Positions 42,727-53,722 are shown, numbered from the stretch's first letter. The stretch: 64,000 nucleotides of DNA from an uncultured Bacteroidales bacterium (GCA_963701785.1 CAVPBC010000002.1:2596124-2660123); one strand, 5' to 3'. Notes: generated by a model from the letters alone, not told the origin. Numbers and translations: made by a program.

Positions 42727-44537
42727 ATGGAATCAAAAGTTAAAGCCATTATCGCAAAATATAATCATGACCGGACCAGGCTGATGGATATTTTGCATGA
42801 AGTCAAGGATGAGTTTGGTTATATTTCTGCTGAGGCTGTCAAACATATTGCTGCAATTTTAAAGATGTCTGAAGTCGACGTGGAGCAAACCATTTCTTTT
42901 TATCATTTTTATTCAAAGACTTCACCCGGTAAATATGCAGTTTACCTGAACAACAGTGCTGTTGCATGCATGATGGGAAGGCAGGAGATTGCCGCTATGT
43001 TTGAAAAAGAGGTTGGAATCCCTTTCAATTCAGTTACGCCGGATGGGCTGATCGGCCTTTGGGACACTTCGGATATCGGGATGAATGACCAGGAACCTGC
43101 AGCCATTATCAATGATGTGGTATTTACCAGGATTACTCCTTCGAAGGTGCGTGAACTCGTTGCTGCATTCCGATCCGGAAAAGATGTGAAGGAACTGGTT
43201 ACCAAATACGGCGATGGTGAAAACAGCCATCCCATGATCAAATCTATGGTCCATAACAATATCATGAAAAAGGGCCCGATTCTGTTTTCCGAATATGAAT
43301 TGGGATTGGCAATCCGTAAAGCCGTCAATTTGACTCCTGAGCAGGTTATTGAGGAAATAAAGAGATCAAACCTGAGAGGTCGTGGCGGTGCGGGATTCCC
43401 TGCCGGATTGAAATGGGAATTCTGTCGTAAGTCAAGAGGACCTGTCACATATCTTGCTATGTAATGCAGATGAAGGGGAGCCTGGAACTTTTAAGGAAAG
43501 GGTATTCCTGACTGAATTACCTAAACAATTATTTGAAGGAATGATCGTGGCAGGTTATGCCTTAGGAGCAAAAGAAGGGATTTTATATTTAAGATATGAA
43601 TACCGCTATCTCGTGGCATACCTTGAGAAAATGCTGCAGGAAATGCGTGAAGGTAACCTGCTGGGAAAGAATATTGCCGGCAAACAGGGATTTAATTATG
43701 ATATCCGGATCCAGCTCGGAGCCGGAGCCTATGTTTGCGGGGAGGAATCAGCGCTGATCGAATCGATGGAAGGGAAAACGGGGAGAACCACGCAACCGTC
43801 CGCCATTCCCGGTCCAGAAAGGTTATCTTGATATGCCCACTGTCATCAATAATGTAGAGACCTTATCTGCCGTGGTTAAAATCATGGTGAAAGGAGCTGA
43901 CTGGTTCAAAGCAATGGGAACCAAGGAATCTGCCGGCACCAAACTGCTCAGTATATCCGGCGATTGCAAACATCCCGGAGTTTATGAAATAGAGTGGGGT
44001 ATGACAATCCGTGAATTACTGGAAATGGCCGGGGCAACTTCTGTCCAGGCAGTCCAGGTTGGCGGGCCATCAGGTACCTGTATCAATCCCACACAGTTCC
44101 ATAGAGAAATAGCATTTGAAGACCTCGCAACCGGGGGATCCATGATCGTCATCGGAAAACAGCGAAACCTGCTTAAAGACATAGTGGTCAATTTTATGGA
44201 TTTCTTCATTGAAGAATCCTGCAGTTCCTGTGCGCCTTGCCGTTCACTGACCGTAATCCTGAGGAATAAATTGCAAAAGATCCTCGATGGGCATGGCTCA
44301 CGAACCGATGTCAATGAACTATACCAGTGGGCTAAATACATGAAAGTCTGCTAAATCGCTGCGGTCTTGGACAAACTGCTGCCAACCCGATACTTTCAAC
44401 TATTGAAAATTTCAGGCAACTATATGAAGACCTGGTGATCCCCGAAGAAGAATTTGTGTCGGACATTCAATATGGAAGATGCTGTTGCAGATTCCTGTGC
44501 ATATGTGGGCAGGGTTCCAAAATTTGAACATAATTGA
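42727..44537 (+). CDS. hoxF: NAD-reducing hydrogenase diaphorase subunit HoxF (NuoE-like + NuoF; frameshifts ~43455, ~43778, ~44350, ~44462)
   Basis: [61 protein letters not shown]. Confidence 0.92.
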
Positions 44538-44563
44538 GTGATAATCAATAAAGATCTTAGAAT

Positions 44564-45248
44564 ATGAGCGAAAAAATTAAATTCATATTAGACGATAAAG
44601 TCTGCCATGCCACATGCAGGCCAGACCATCATGGATGCCGCCAGGGATAATGGCGTATTCATACCTTCACTTTGTTATGTAGAAGGATTAAAACCTGCAG
44701 GCTCCTGCCGGATTTGTAATGTTAAGGTCAACGGGAGGAATATGACAGCCTGTACCACGCCTGTGGCCGAAGGAATGGTTGTTGAAAACAATCTCCCTGA
44801 CCTGGAAGATATGAGAAAAGCCATTGTTGAGGTGCTATTTGTTGCCGGGAACCATTTCTGCCCGGCCTGTGAAAAGAGTGGCAATTGCGAGCTGCAGGCC
44901 CTGGGATATCGTTACCAGATGATGGTACCGCGTTTTCCTTTTGAATTCCCGGTTAAAGGGGTTAACGCGCAAAGCAAATACATCTACCATGACAGGAACC
45001 GCTGCATCCTGTGCAAACGTTGCGTCAGAACCGTTCTTAAAGATGAAAAGCCTGTATTTGCCCTGAATCAGCGTGGCGGCCATCACCTGCATATCGAAGT
45101 GGATGTGGAACTGGCTGACCAGCTGACAGAAGCTGAAGCATTGCAGGCCATGGAAATCTGCCCTGTTGGTGCCATCATTAAAAAGGAAAGAGGGTATTAT
45201 TCCCCGATCGGTCAGAGAAAATATGATTTTGATGAAATCGGGAGCTGA
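44564..45248 (+). CDS. hoxU: Diaphorase FeS subunit HoxU (frameshift ~44611)
   Basis: IPSLC, SCRIC, TAC, HFCPACEKSGNCELQ, RCILCKRC, CPVGA. Confidence 0.92.
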
Positions 45249-45292
45249 TCTTGTTAAAAAATAATTAATTAAACTGATAAAATATAACAGTT

Positions 45293-45841
45293 ATGAGTAA
45301 ACCGATTGTAGCAACGACATCTATGGCCGGCTGTTTCGGATGCCATATGTCGATACTTGATATAGACGAACGGATCCTCGATCTGATCGAACTGGTGGAA
45401 TTCAATAAGTCACCAATCGATGATATTAAAAAATTCACCAAACATTGTGATATTGGGCTCCTTGAAGGAGGCTGCTGCAACAGCGAAAATATTGAGGTGC
45501 TGAAAGACTTCAGGAAGAATTGCACGATCCTGATTTCAGTTGGCGAATGTGCTATAATGGGTGGCCTTCCGGCTCTCAGGAACGGCATTCCGATTCAGGA
45601 ATGTATCGAAGAAGCTTACCTGAATGGACCTACTGTGGGATTAAATAAAGAAAGGATCCTGCCCAATGACGATGAACTTCCCATGTTGCTGGATAAAGTT
45701 TACCCCTGCCATGAAATTGTCAAGATCGATTATTTCCTGCCGGGATGCCCACCAAGGGCTGACCTGATCTGGAATGCGCTTGTCGCTTTACTGACCGGGG
45801 ATAAAATGAATTTACCCTACGAAGTTGTTAAATTTGATTAA
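45293..45841 (+). CDS. hoxY: [NiFe]-hydrogenase small subunit HoxY
   Basis: AGCFGCHMS, GECA..GG, PGCPP; short single-cluster form. Confidence 0.94.
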   Translation: MSKPIVATTSMAGCFGCHMSILDIDERILDLIELVEFNKSPIDDIKKFTKHCDIGLLEGGCCNSENIEVLKDFRKNCTILISVGECAIMGGLPALRNGIPIQECIEEAYLNGPTVGLNKERILPNDDELPMLLDKVYPCHEIVKIDYFLPGCPPRADLIWNALVALLTGDKMNLPYEVVKFD

Positions 45842-45858
45842 TTAAGGAGGATAAGGAT

Positions 45859-47311
45859 ATGTCTCAGAAAATCACTATAGAACCCGTCACCCGGGTGGAA
45901 GGTCACGGGAAAGTCACCATCCATCTTGACGACCAGAATAACGTATCACAAACCAGGCTTCATATTGTGGAATTCCGCGGTTTCGAGCGGTTTGTGCAGG
46001 GCAGGCCTTACTGGGAGGCACCTGTGCTGGTGCAGCGCCTGTGCGGCATTTGCCCTGTCAGCCACCACCTGGCCGCAGCCAAAGCTTTGGATGTGATTGT
46101 CGGTGCTGGAACAGGCGAAGGCCTCACCCCGACCGGCGAAAAAATGCGCCGGCTTATGCACTACGGGCAAATGTTCCAGTCACATTCCCTGCATTTCTTT
46201 CACCTGGCATCTCCTGACCTTCTCCTGGGTATTGATGCAGATCCTGCTATAAGAAATATCATAGGTGTTGCAATCCATCACAGGGACCTGGCTATCCAGG
46301 GGGTCATGATGCGGAAATTCGGACAGGAGATCATTGCCGCCACAGCAGGAAAGAAAATACATGGCACTGGCGCAATACCCGGTGGTATCAATAAGCATCT
46401 TACGATCAGAAGAAAGAGATAAGTTCCTTAACGGACCAGATCCGTTAAATATCGATAAAATGATCGAATGGTCAATCGGGGCGCTCGATTTCTTTAAGAC
46501 ATATTATAAAAAGAATAAGGAATTTATTGATTCGTTTGCATATTTCCCCTCCAACCACCTAAGCATTGTCAGGAAAGATGGCGCTTTGGATTTATATCAT
46601 GGTGTCCTCAGGGCTGTAGATACAGATGGTAAGAAAATCCTTAATGATATCGATTATCAAAATTATACGGATTATATAGAAGAAGAAGTCAAGTCATGGA
46701 GCTACATGAAATTCCCGTATCTGAAGGAATTAGGCCCCCAGAAAGGCTGGTACAGGGTTGGTCCGCTGGCACGGTTAAATACCTGTGATTTCATACCTAC
46801 TCCTTTGGCACAGAAAGAATTTGAAGTGTTTAAATCCCTGACAAACGGTAAGCCGAATAATCATTGCATGCATTCCCATTATGCCCGCCTGATTGAAATC
46901 CTTCATTCGGCTGAAGAGATAAAAAAATTGCTGAATGATCCTGACCTGCTCGAAGGGCCATTGGTTGTAAAAGGCACCAAACAGGATGAAGGTATCGGTT
47001 TGATCGAAGCGCCGAGAGGCACCCTTTTTCACCATTACAAAATCAATGAAAATGACCAGATCATTATGGCAAATCTGATCGTCTCGACAACGAATAACAA
47101 TGAGCCCATGAACCGGTCTGTCAATCATGTGGCCAAAGCCTGGATGAATGGCAAGACCCAGATTACCGAACCGATGATGAATGCCGTAGAGGTGGCAATC
47201 AGGGCCTATGATCCCTGCCTGAGTTGTGCCACACATGCCTTGGGCCAGATGCCTCTTGATATTTCACTGTATGATAAGGATAATAACCTTCTCGACAGAA
47301 AACGGACATAA
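45859..47311 (+). CDS. hoxH: Group 3d [NiFe]-hydrogenase large subunit HoxH (frameshift ~46408)
   Basis: TRVEGHG, L1 RLCGICPVSH, EAPRG, L2 DPCLSCATH plus a cleavable C-terminal extension. Confidence 0.95.
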
Positions 47312-47314
47312 ACA

Positions 47315-47794
47315 TTGGCTGAGTTCTTTCAAATACTTATATACGGTTACGGTAATCCTGGCAGGGAAGACGATGGCCTTGGCATTGCGCTGGTGAAAAG
47401 CCTGGAAGATTGGACAGGACATGTCCACATCCGCGGTATCGAATTTGATTCTAACTACCAGTTGAACATTGAAGATGCTGAAGCGATATCCCAAAAGGAT
47501 ATAGTTGTGTTTGCCGATGCTTCAACTGAGGATATTGAGGATTTCCTTTTCACTGAAGTAACCGGTGAAAAGGAGGTCTCTTTCACCACCCACGCTGCAT
47601 CGCCTGGTTATATCGTGAAGCTTTGCAGCGAATTGTTCGGGAAATGCCCTGAAGTTTATCTTCTTCATATTAAGGGATATCAATGGGAATTCAAGGAAGG
47701 GCTCTCTGAGAAAGCACAAATTAATCTTAAAAAGGCCCTTGGCTTTATGCAAGAATATCTTTTAAATATACAAGATCAGGCATCCACAACTTAA
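47315..47794 (+). CDS. hoxW: Hydrogenase maturation endopeptidase
   Basis: IYGYGNPGREDDGLG, FADAS, TTH; TTG start. Confidence 0.88.
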   Translation: MAEFFQILIYGYGNPGREDDGLGIALVKSLEDWTGHVHIRGIEFDSNYQLNIEDAEAISQKDIVVFADASTEDIEDFLFTEVTGEKEVSFTTHAASPGYIVKLCSELFGKCPEVYLLHIKGYQWEFKEGLSEKAQINLKKALGFMQEYLLNIQDQASTT

Positions 47795-47818
47795 ACCTTA
47801 AAACTTAAACCTTAAAAT
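47791..47818. repeat. Heptamer tandem repeat (TTAAAMY)x4
   Basis: ttaaacc ttaaaac ttaaacc ttaaaat, between hoxW and the DHODH-like gene. Confidence 0.7.
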
Positions 47819-47827
47819 TTACAAAGT

Positions 47828-48805
47828 ATGGATTTGTCAACGACTTACATGGGATTAAAATTGCGTAATCCTTTAATTGTCAGTAGTTCAAGGATAACAA
47901 GCACTATTGAGGATATTAAAAAATGTGCCGACTACGGTGCTGGTGCAATTGTGTTGAAGTCATTGTTCGAAGAGCAGTTTTTAGCTAATTCCGAACGATT
48001 GATGGATCAGGACCAGAAGTATTTCTGGTTCCCGGAAGCGATCGAATTCATAAATCAGCATTCGAAAGAGCATGGAATTAAAGGATATCTCAAACTTATC
48101 CGTGAAACAAAAGCACAGACAAATATTCCAGTCATTGCCAGTATCAATTGTGTCACGGCAACAGAATGGCCTCGTTATTCCCGGGAATTGGTTGATGCAG
48201 GAGCTGACGGTATAGAGTTGAACGTATTCATTGTCCCTAAAAACGAAAAGATCTCCAGTGTTGAAATAGAAGATCTATATGTGAAAGTTGTCGAGGAAGT
48301 CAGAAAAAATGTTGATGTTCCCATTGCTATAAAAATTGGTCCTTTCTTCAGCAATGCCTTTAATATGACCAGCCGGCTTTGCCAGGCAGGTGTTAATGGC
48401 ATAGTTGTATTTAACAGGTTTTACCGGCCTGATATTGATATAGATACGGAAGAGATAAGCCGGCCGAATTACCTGAGCTGCCCCCAGGAAATGGGTCAGC
48501 CTTTGCGCTGGGCCTCCCTGTTCTCCGCCCGCGTCAATTGTGATATAGCTGGAAATACAGGGATACATGATGGGAGTGGAATGATTAAAATGCTGCTGGC
48601 CGGTGTTTCCGCCGTTCAGGTTTGTTCAACTTTATATATCAACGGGCTTGGGTATATTGACACCATGATCAATGACCTGCAGAAGTGGATGGCCTGGAAA
48701 GGGTATAAGAAAATAGATGATTTTAAGGGAAAGCTGACCAAACGTCATGAGAATATATCTGCTTTTGAAAGGGTACAGTTCCTTAAACAGGCGCTAGGAG
48801 AATAA
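47828..48805 (+). CDS. Dihydroorotate dehydrogenase-like FMN protein
   Basis: LSTTYMGLKLRNPLIVSSS, VLKSLFEEQ, PVIASIN, ELN, FNRFY, FERVQF; lacks the SCPN catalytic loop. Confidence 0.85.
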   Translation: MDLSTTYMGLKLRNPLIVSSSRITSTIEDIKKCADYGAGAIVLKSLFEEQFLANSERLMDQDQKYFWFPEAIEFINQHSKEHGIKGYLKLIRETKAQTNIPVIASINCVTATEWPRYSRELVDAGADGIELNVFIVPKNEKISSVEIEDLYVKVVEEVRKNVDVPIAIKIGPFFSNAFNMTSRLCQAGVNGIVVFNRFYRPDIDIDTEEISRPNYLSCPQEMGQPLRWASLFSARVNCDIAGNTGIHDGSGMIKMLLAGVSAVQVCSTLYINGLGYIDTMINDLQKWMAWKGYKKIDDFKGKLTKRHENISAFERVQFLKQALGE

Positions 48806-48810
48806 TCTAT

Positions 48811-49707
48811 TTAATTCCGGGTAACTATTCCCTCAAGACTGAGTTTTTCCTGATCGAATGAACTGATGTCCGGCATGCCAAACAGGAAAAAACTGTTATC
48901 CAGTGATAAATGTTCCTCAACGGTGGATTTTAAGAATCTGGTATCGCCAAAAAACCTGCAATTCATTATTTCACATTGCTTAAAACTGATGTTTATCAAA
49001 TCGACCTGGCCATTGTAATAACCATTATTGAAGATTGAACGGTTTTCAAATACGGCATAGTTGGCGAAAAAATTACCATGGCATCGGATAAGTCCAAAAT
49101 CAGCATACCCTATGAATTTTGTGGAACTGAACTGTGCTTCGCCGTGGAAAGTAGTTTGCTGAAAGCTTGCGGTCACATCAAATTCCGCATTTAAAAAATT
49201 AGCCTTCTGCATAAAAACGGCGTTTTGAAACCTGAGCTCTTCGTGGTATGAACTAGCCCTGAAATAGGCATTTTGAAAAAAAGTGCACTCTTCAAAGCTT
49301 GCTGTTTTTAAGAATGTGGCATTTGTAAAATCAGTTCTTCCAAGCACGCTGGATGCCCTGAAGTTTACATCCTCATGAAAAGTGCACCCGATAAACGATA
49401 GGTTACTCTGGAATGATGTCAGGATCATCGTATTATCGTCATCTTTTCTATAGGTAGTTACTTTGCCTTTAAATATGCAATTTTGAAATGTTACGGATGA
49501 AACGATACGGACCTGATAAACCCCTTCACTAATGAGATTCTTTTCAAATTGAGTAAAATCAATGTCATCATCGAAAGTCATGTCTTTAAAAAATACATCT
49601 TTACCTTCTATAATAAGATTTTCAAAGCTTCCTTTGATTCGGGACCCATTGCTGGAAGCGCACGTAACCATGATAATGCCTGTAATAATCAGTAGGTAAG
49701 TTTTCAT
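48811..49707 (-). CDS. Pentapeptide-repeat (beta-helix) lipoprotein
   Basis: Probable lipobox MVTC; repeated AxFxxxxF units (TDFTNATF, ASFEECTF, ANFLNAEF). Confidence 0.8.
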   Translation of the reverse strand: MKTYLLIITGIIMVTCASSNGSRIKGSFENLIIEGKDVFFKDMTFDDDIDFTQFEKNLISEGVYQVRIVSSVTFQNCIFKGKVTTYRKDDDNTMILTSFQSNLSFIGCTFHEDVNFRASSVLGRTDFTNATFLKTASFEECTFFQNAYFRASSYHEELRFQNAVFMQKANFLNAEFDVTASFQQTTFHGEAQFSSTKFIGYADFGLIRCHGNFFANYAVFENRSIFNNGYYNGQVDLINISFKQCEIMNCRFFGDTRFLKSTVEEHLSLDNSFFLFGMPDISSFDQEKLSLEGIVTRN

Positions 49708-49732
49708 TTTTTCCCAGATAGATTGTGAAAAT

Positions 49733-49776
49733 AAAAAGAGTATGCAGCAAGATGATATTTTCTTCGCTGCATACTC
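49733..49776 (-). terminator. Intrinsic terminator after the C1A protease
   Basis: 11-bp stem gagtatgcagc/gctgcatactc with a minus-strand T tract. Confidence 0.7.
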
Positions 49777-49794
49777 CATCATTTAGTGCTTATT

Positions 49795-51450
49795 TTATTT
49801 TAAAGGTTTTTTTGAAGTCATATTTGCATTGCGTTGCACATACTCATCCACTTTCAGGTCCATGCGTCCGCTTTCCTTTTCTTTCTTAAAGAAGGCTTTG
49901 ATCTCTTCCGGAGTGTAGGCATTCTTGAAGTTCTGAGTTACGGCGCTGTTATATTTTGAACGCTTAATATTTTCTTTACTGGAAGTAATATCGTTCTTGA
50001 AGGTGAAAGGATTAACCTTTTTGTCTGAAGACTTAAATTCTTCCCCATATTCAAAGTAAACCGGATCAATGGTTGTATAGAAAAGGTTGTTCATTTCATC
50101 CTGTTCCTGGAATTTATCTTCAGCATCAGCAAGGCAAAGCAGGTAATAATATCCGGTAATCTCGGGCATATAGTATGTACGTTCCACCCAATATTCTCCC
50201 CAGGCATAATTTGCAAAATCATCACCGGCAGGGATCGGGATATTAAAGATACAGTTCCAGTCATTTGGGCATTCATAAGTATTTTCAGGAATGGAAGTGT
50301 TAAACTGATCGTAGAAAATAATACCGTAATCTTCAGCATCAAAAGCATTGTAATAAATATAATAGTAAGCCCAATCGGCTGAAGCGTCGGCGCTGGCATT
50401 GCCGGCATTATAAATATTAAAGTCAATCTTTCTTTCAGTAGGATAATCCCAGCTGAATGTTGAATAGTCATCAAAGACCCAAGGGATAAGATCAACGCCG
50501 GTCACATCAGGATCTACATCATCCGGAGGTTCAGTGTTGCTGTCGGCATTTGCGGCAATATAAAGGTTGGTTTCATTGCTGAGTTTCGATACAAACTCAT
50601 TCATGAAAAAGTTATAATCTACCCAGAAGTAGCCGCTACCACCCCAGGAAGTTCCCCACGAGTTGATACAACGCAAGGCGCCATTGGGGCCTTTATTATC
50701 ATCGTAACCTGCAATAACCATAGCGTGGTAAGCATGTTGCCCCACATTTTCATAGGATGTTGCAGAGGAAATAACTTCATCGGAATTGTGCGACATAAAG
50801 TTGTCGGCAAGACGTGCACCAAATACAACTGGGACATTTTGTGATATATTCTCTTTTATGGCTGCTATAGAGCCATCAATCTTACGCCACCATTTGAACT
50901 TAAAACCGGCCGCTTCGGCTGTCCATGCCGGATCGACTGTGGATTGAGAGCAGGTGCCTAGATTGGTGGTATAAGGAGCGGTAGCCAGGGTGGCAACGCC
51001 CCTGGTTTGCACCAGGTCGAGGGCAAAATTAAAGTTGGTGCCGCCACAGTTCTCTCCTTTATTAGCATCGTCAATGGCTGTGAAAAGGTCACGAGGGCTG
51101 AACTGTTTGTTGGCGCTGGCCAGGTCGCTTTCGCCGTAGCCTTTTGCCAGTCCGTTTACCATCGTTTTGGTATTATATGCTACAGCCCAAGCAACGCATG
51201 TGCCGTATTGCCCCTGGTCACCGATTGGGGGAAATTTGTCAATCAGCGAATAGCTGGCAGGTACAGTGGCCGAACCGAATCCGAAGTTGGTTGAAGAAGG
51301 AACCTTGCTTGGATCGTCAGTGCCGAACCACCCAAGGGAATACTCAGGTACTTCCGGATCCGGCTCATCATCATTGTCTTTTTTGCAGCCAATAGCCAGC
51401 ACCAGTGCTGACAATAGCATAATGAACATGAAATTTTGCAGTTTTTTCAT
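49795..51450 (-). CDS. Papain-family (C1A) cysteine peptidase lipoprotein
   Basis: Lipobox AIGC-KKD; DQGQYGTCVAWA (Gln/Cys), YHAMVIAGYDD (His), NSWG (Asn); CARDB-like C-terminal domain. Confidence 0.9.
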   Translation of the reverse strand: MKKLQNFMFIMLLSALVLAIGCKKDNDDEPDPEVPEYSLGWFGTDDPSKVPSSTNFGFGSATVPASYSLIDKFPPIGDQGQYGTCVAWAVAYNTKTMVNGLAKGYGESDLASANKQFSPRDLFTAIDDANKGENCGGTNFNFALDLVQTRGVATLATAPYTTNLGTCSQSTVDPAWTAEAAGFKFKWWRKIDGSIAAIKENISQNVPVVFGARLADNFMSHNSDEVISSATSYENVGQHAYHAMVIAGYDDNKGPNGALRCINSWGTSWGGSGYFWVDYNFFMNEFVSKLSNETNLYIAANADSNTEPPDDVDPDVTGVDLIPWVFDDYSTFSWDYPTERKIDFNIYNAGNASADASADWAYYYIYYNAFDAEDYGIIFYDQFNTSIPENTYECPNDWNCIFNIPIPAGDDFANYAWGEYWVERTYYMPEITGYYYLLCLADAEDKFQEQDEMNNLFYTTIDPVYFEYGEEFKSSDKKVNPFTFKNDITSSKENIKRSKYNSAVTQNFKNAYTPEEIKAFFKKEKESGRMDLKVDEYVQRNANMTSKKPLK

Positions 51451-51622
51451 ATGGGTTAAGTTTAAAATGTAAGACTTGAGAAAAGGTTTATCAATACATT
51501 GAATATTGAAGCATTCAAAAATAAAAAAAAATAATGTACCGGGATAATAATAAAACTGCTTTTTAACTAATATTTAACTGTTATTTTGAAAAGAGATAGG
51601 GGCAACTACCTGAATCTGTATA

Positions 51623-52924
51623 TTATTTCTGGCTTGTATCGAGGAAAACTGGTTTGGCAGTTATCATTACCCAAATCCAGGTCGGGAATTTTGAAGTGCC
51701 TGGTTCAATTCCCTGGAGTTTTTCCATGGAATCCGTAACCAGGAAAAATGAATAGCCTCCTTTAATATTAAATATTTTAGAGATATCCCATGAGAAATTC
51801 AGGTCAACTTCCTGGCCTAATCCTTTCGCAAGATAGGCCGTACTTTCCGAGGTCTTGTCAATTACATTATTTTGCAGGCTGAAAAAATGAAAATCGGCAC
51901 CAATAGTAGTGCTCTTTACCGGGATCCATTTAAGCCTGACGAAAATATCAACCAGTCCCCCGTTGTCAGTGGATTTGGGCAGGTTATTGAACAGATCCAT
52001 ATGCCCAAAGACGCTGTGCCTGTTACCATAGAAAATATCGAATGCATGTGCTTTTTCAAGATAAATTGAATCGGAACTTTGCTGGTCATGGCCCGACAGG
52101 TAATCAATCCCGGCTCCGACCGAATATTTCTCTTTAAACAGGTAATCGCCGCTTAATGCAAACATGTAAGCGCTGGTACTGAGACCTTTCCTGTTCTTTC
52201 CGCCCTGGTAAAAACCACTTGCCAGGGCGCTAAGAGGGCCTTTTTTAACTCCGAGGTAACCTGCATAGGTCCCCTGCCAGTTGATATCAGGGGTGGAATC
52301 TGTTGCTGTAAATCCTGATGCCAGCGCCATCATTGTCGCGTGGAGCCAATCATTAATATCTTTTCTTATATAAACGAAATTCATTGATTTCATTTTCCCG
52401 GTAGGATATTCATTACCAAAATTCCTGTCGATATCATTATTCCATGATAAACCGACATCCATCTTTAATCTATCACCGGCATGCTGAAAAAGGACAGCAT
52501 CATATTTGATTTCACTCTGGTTCCAATTCCTGTTAGAGAGCAGTCGTTGGTCTTCATAGGCCCAGTATTGGCGGCCTATTTTAACATTTCCTTTTTCATA
52601 AGGCTTGATCCCCAGCCATGCTTCATTAATATCGATGCTGGCCTTGCTTCCGAAAACACCGGTCGAGGAATAAAGGTCTTCATCACCCCAGACCATTACA
52701 TCCTGAATAGCAAATCCAAATGAATAGATACCGGTATTGTAATAAGCAGAAAGCCTGCTGCGCTGGGAAACGAAAAAAAATGGTTTTTCATCCTCGGCAA
52801 GGATTTTGCCGTAACCGCCACGGTATTCAAACCGTGGTCTGAATTCCCCTTTTAAGGTAAACTGGGCATTTGCCTGTGAAATAATTAACAGGAAATAAGT
52901 GCAAATTACAATTGATTTTTTCAT
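51623..52924 (-). CDS. Outer-membrane beta-barrel, alginate-export (AlgE-like) family
   Basis: Signal peptide, EFRPRFEYRGGY, FVSQRSRL, KIGRQ, alternating beta strands, GQEVDL. Confidence 0.75.
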   Translation of the reverse strand: MKKSIVICTYFLLIISQANAQFTLKGEFRPRFEYRGGYGKILAEDEKPFFFVSQRSRLSAYYNTGIYSFGFAIQDVMVWGDEDLYSSTGVFGSKASIDINEAWLGIKPYEKGNVKIGRQYWAYEDQRLLSNRNWNQSEIKYDAVLFQHAGDRLKMDVGLSWNNDIDRNFGNEYPTGKMKSMNFVYIRKDINDWLHATMMALASGFTATDSTPDINWQGTYAGYLGVKKGPLSALASGFYQGGKNRKGLSTSAYMFALSGDYLFKEKYSVGAGIDYLSGHDQQSSDSIYLEKAHAFDIFYGNRHSVFGHMDLFNNLPKSTDNGGLVDIFVRLKWIPVKSTTIGADFHFFSLQNNVIDKTSESTAYLAKGLGQEVDLNFSWDISKIFNIKGGYSFFLVTDSMEKLQGIEPGTSKFPTWIWVMITAKPVFLDTSQK

Positions 52925-52959
52925 AATATGCAATTTTTGTTTAAATTTTTGGCTGGTTT

Positions 52960-53721
52960 CTAATAGAATAATCCTTTAATGTAAGATTTGGTCTTTTCTT
53001 CCTTAGGATCATTAAATATCTGGTCGGCTGTACCCTGCTCAACTACTTCCCCCATATACATAAAGATGACGTTATCTGCAATCCGTCTGGCCTGGCGCAG
53101 GATATGCGTCACGAGAATGATAGTATAGCTCTTTTTAAGTTCAATGAATTTCTCCTCGATTGCCTGGCTTGAGATGGGATCGAGTGCCGATGTCGGTTCA
53201 TCTGCAAGGATAATCTCAGGGTCAACAGCAAGTCCACGTGCGAGGCAAAGACGCTGCTGCTGGCCTATGGATAATTTTGAAGCAGGGTCCCTTAAACGGT
53301 CCTTCACTTCATCCCATAGATTTGCAACCCTGAGGTAATGTTCAACACGTTTATCCAGGAATTGCTTCTTTCTGCGGCCACTGATCCTCAAACCATAAGC
53401 TATATTATTATATATATTCATCGGAAGAGGGTAGGGGCGCTGGGAAAGAAGGCCCATTTTTTGCCTGAGTTTCGTGATATCCATTTGGGTATGAAGGATA
53501 TCATCATCATTAATAAAGATCTGCCCGGTCACTTTTACATCAGGGTAAATATCAGTCAGACGGTTCATGCTTTTCATCAGTGTGGTTTTTCCGCAGCCTG
53601 AAGGTCCCAGAATGACTGTAATCTTCTTTTCCGGTATAGCAACATTGATATTCTTCAGAATATGTTGTTTCCCGATATACAGATCGAGATCTTTAATAAG
53701 TATTTTGATACCCTTTTCCAT
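52960..53721 (-). CDS. pstB: PstB-like ABC ATPase
   Basis: GPSGCGKTT, LSIGQQQRLCLAR, DEPTSALDP, VTH. Confidence 0.85.
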   Translation of the reverse strand: MEKGIKILIKDLDLYIGKQHILKNINVAIPEKKITVILGPSGCGKTTLMKSMNRLTDIYPDVKVTGQIFINDDDILHTQMDITKLRQKMGLLSQRPYPLPMNIYNNIAYGLRISGRRKKQFLDKRVEHYLRVANLWDEVKDRLRDPASKLSIGQQQRLCLARGLAVDPEIILADEPTSALDPISSQAIEEKFIELKKSYTIILVTHILRQARRIADNVIFMYMGEVVEQGTADQIFNDPKEEKTKSYIKGLFY

Positions 53722-53722
53722 C

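Noticed and set aside
45859-47311. [NiFeSe] hydrogenase or stop-codon recoding
   Set aside because: L2 is DPCLSC with ordinary Cys codons, and all premature stops are explained by frameshifts.
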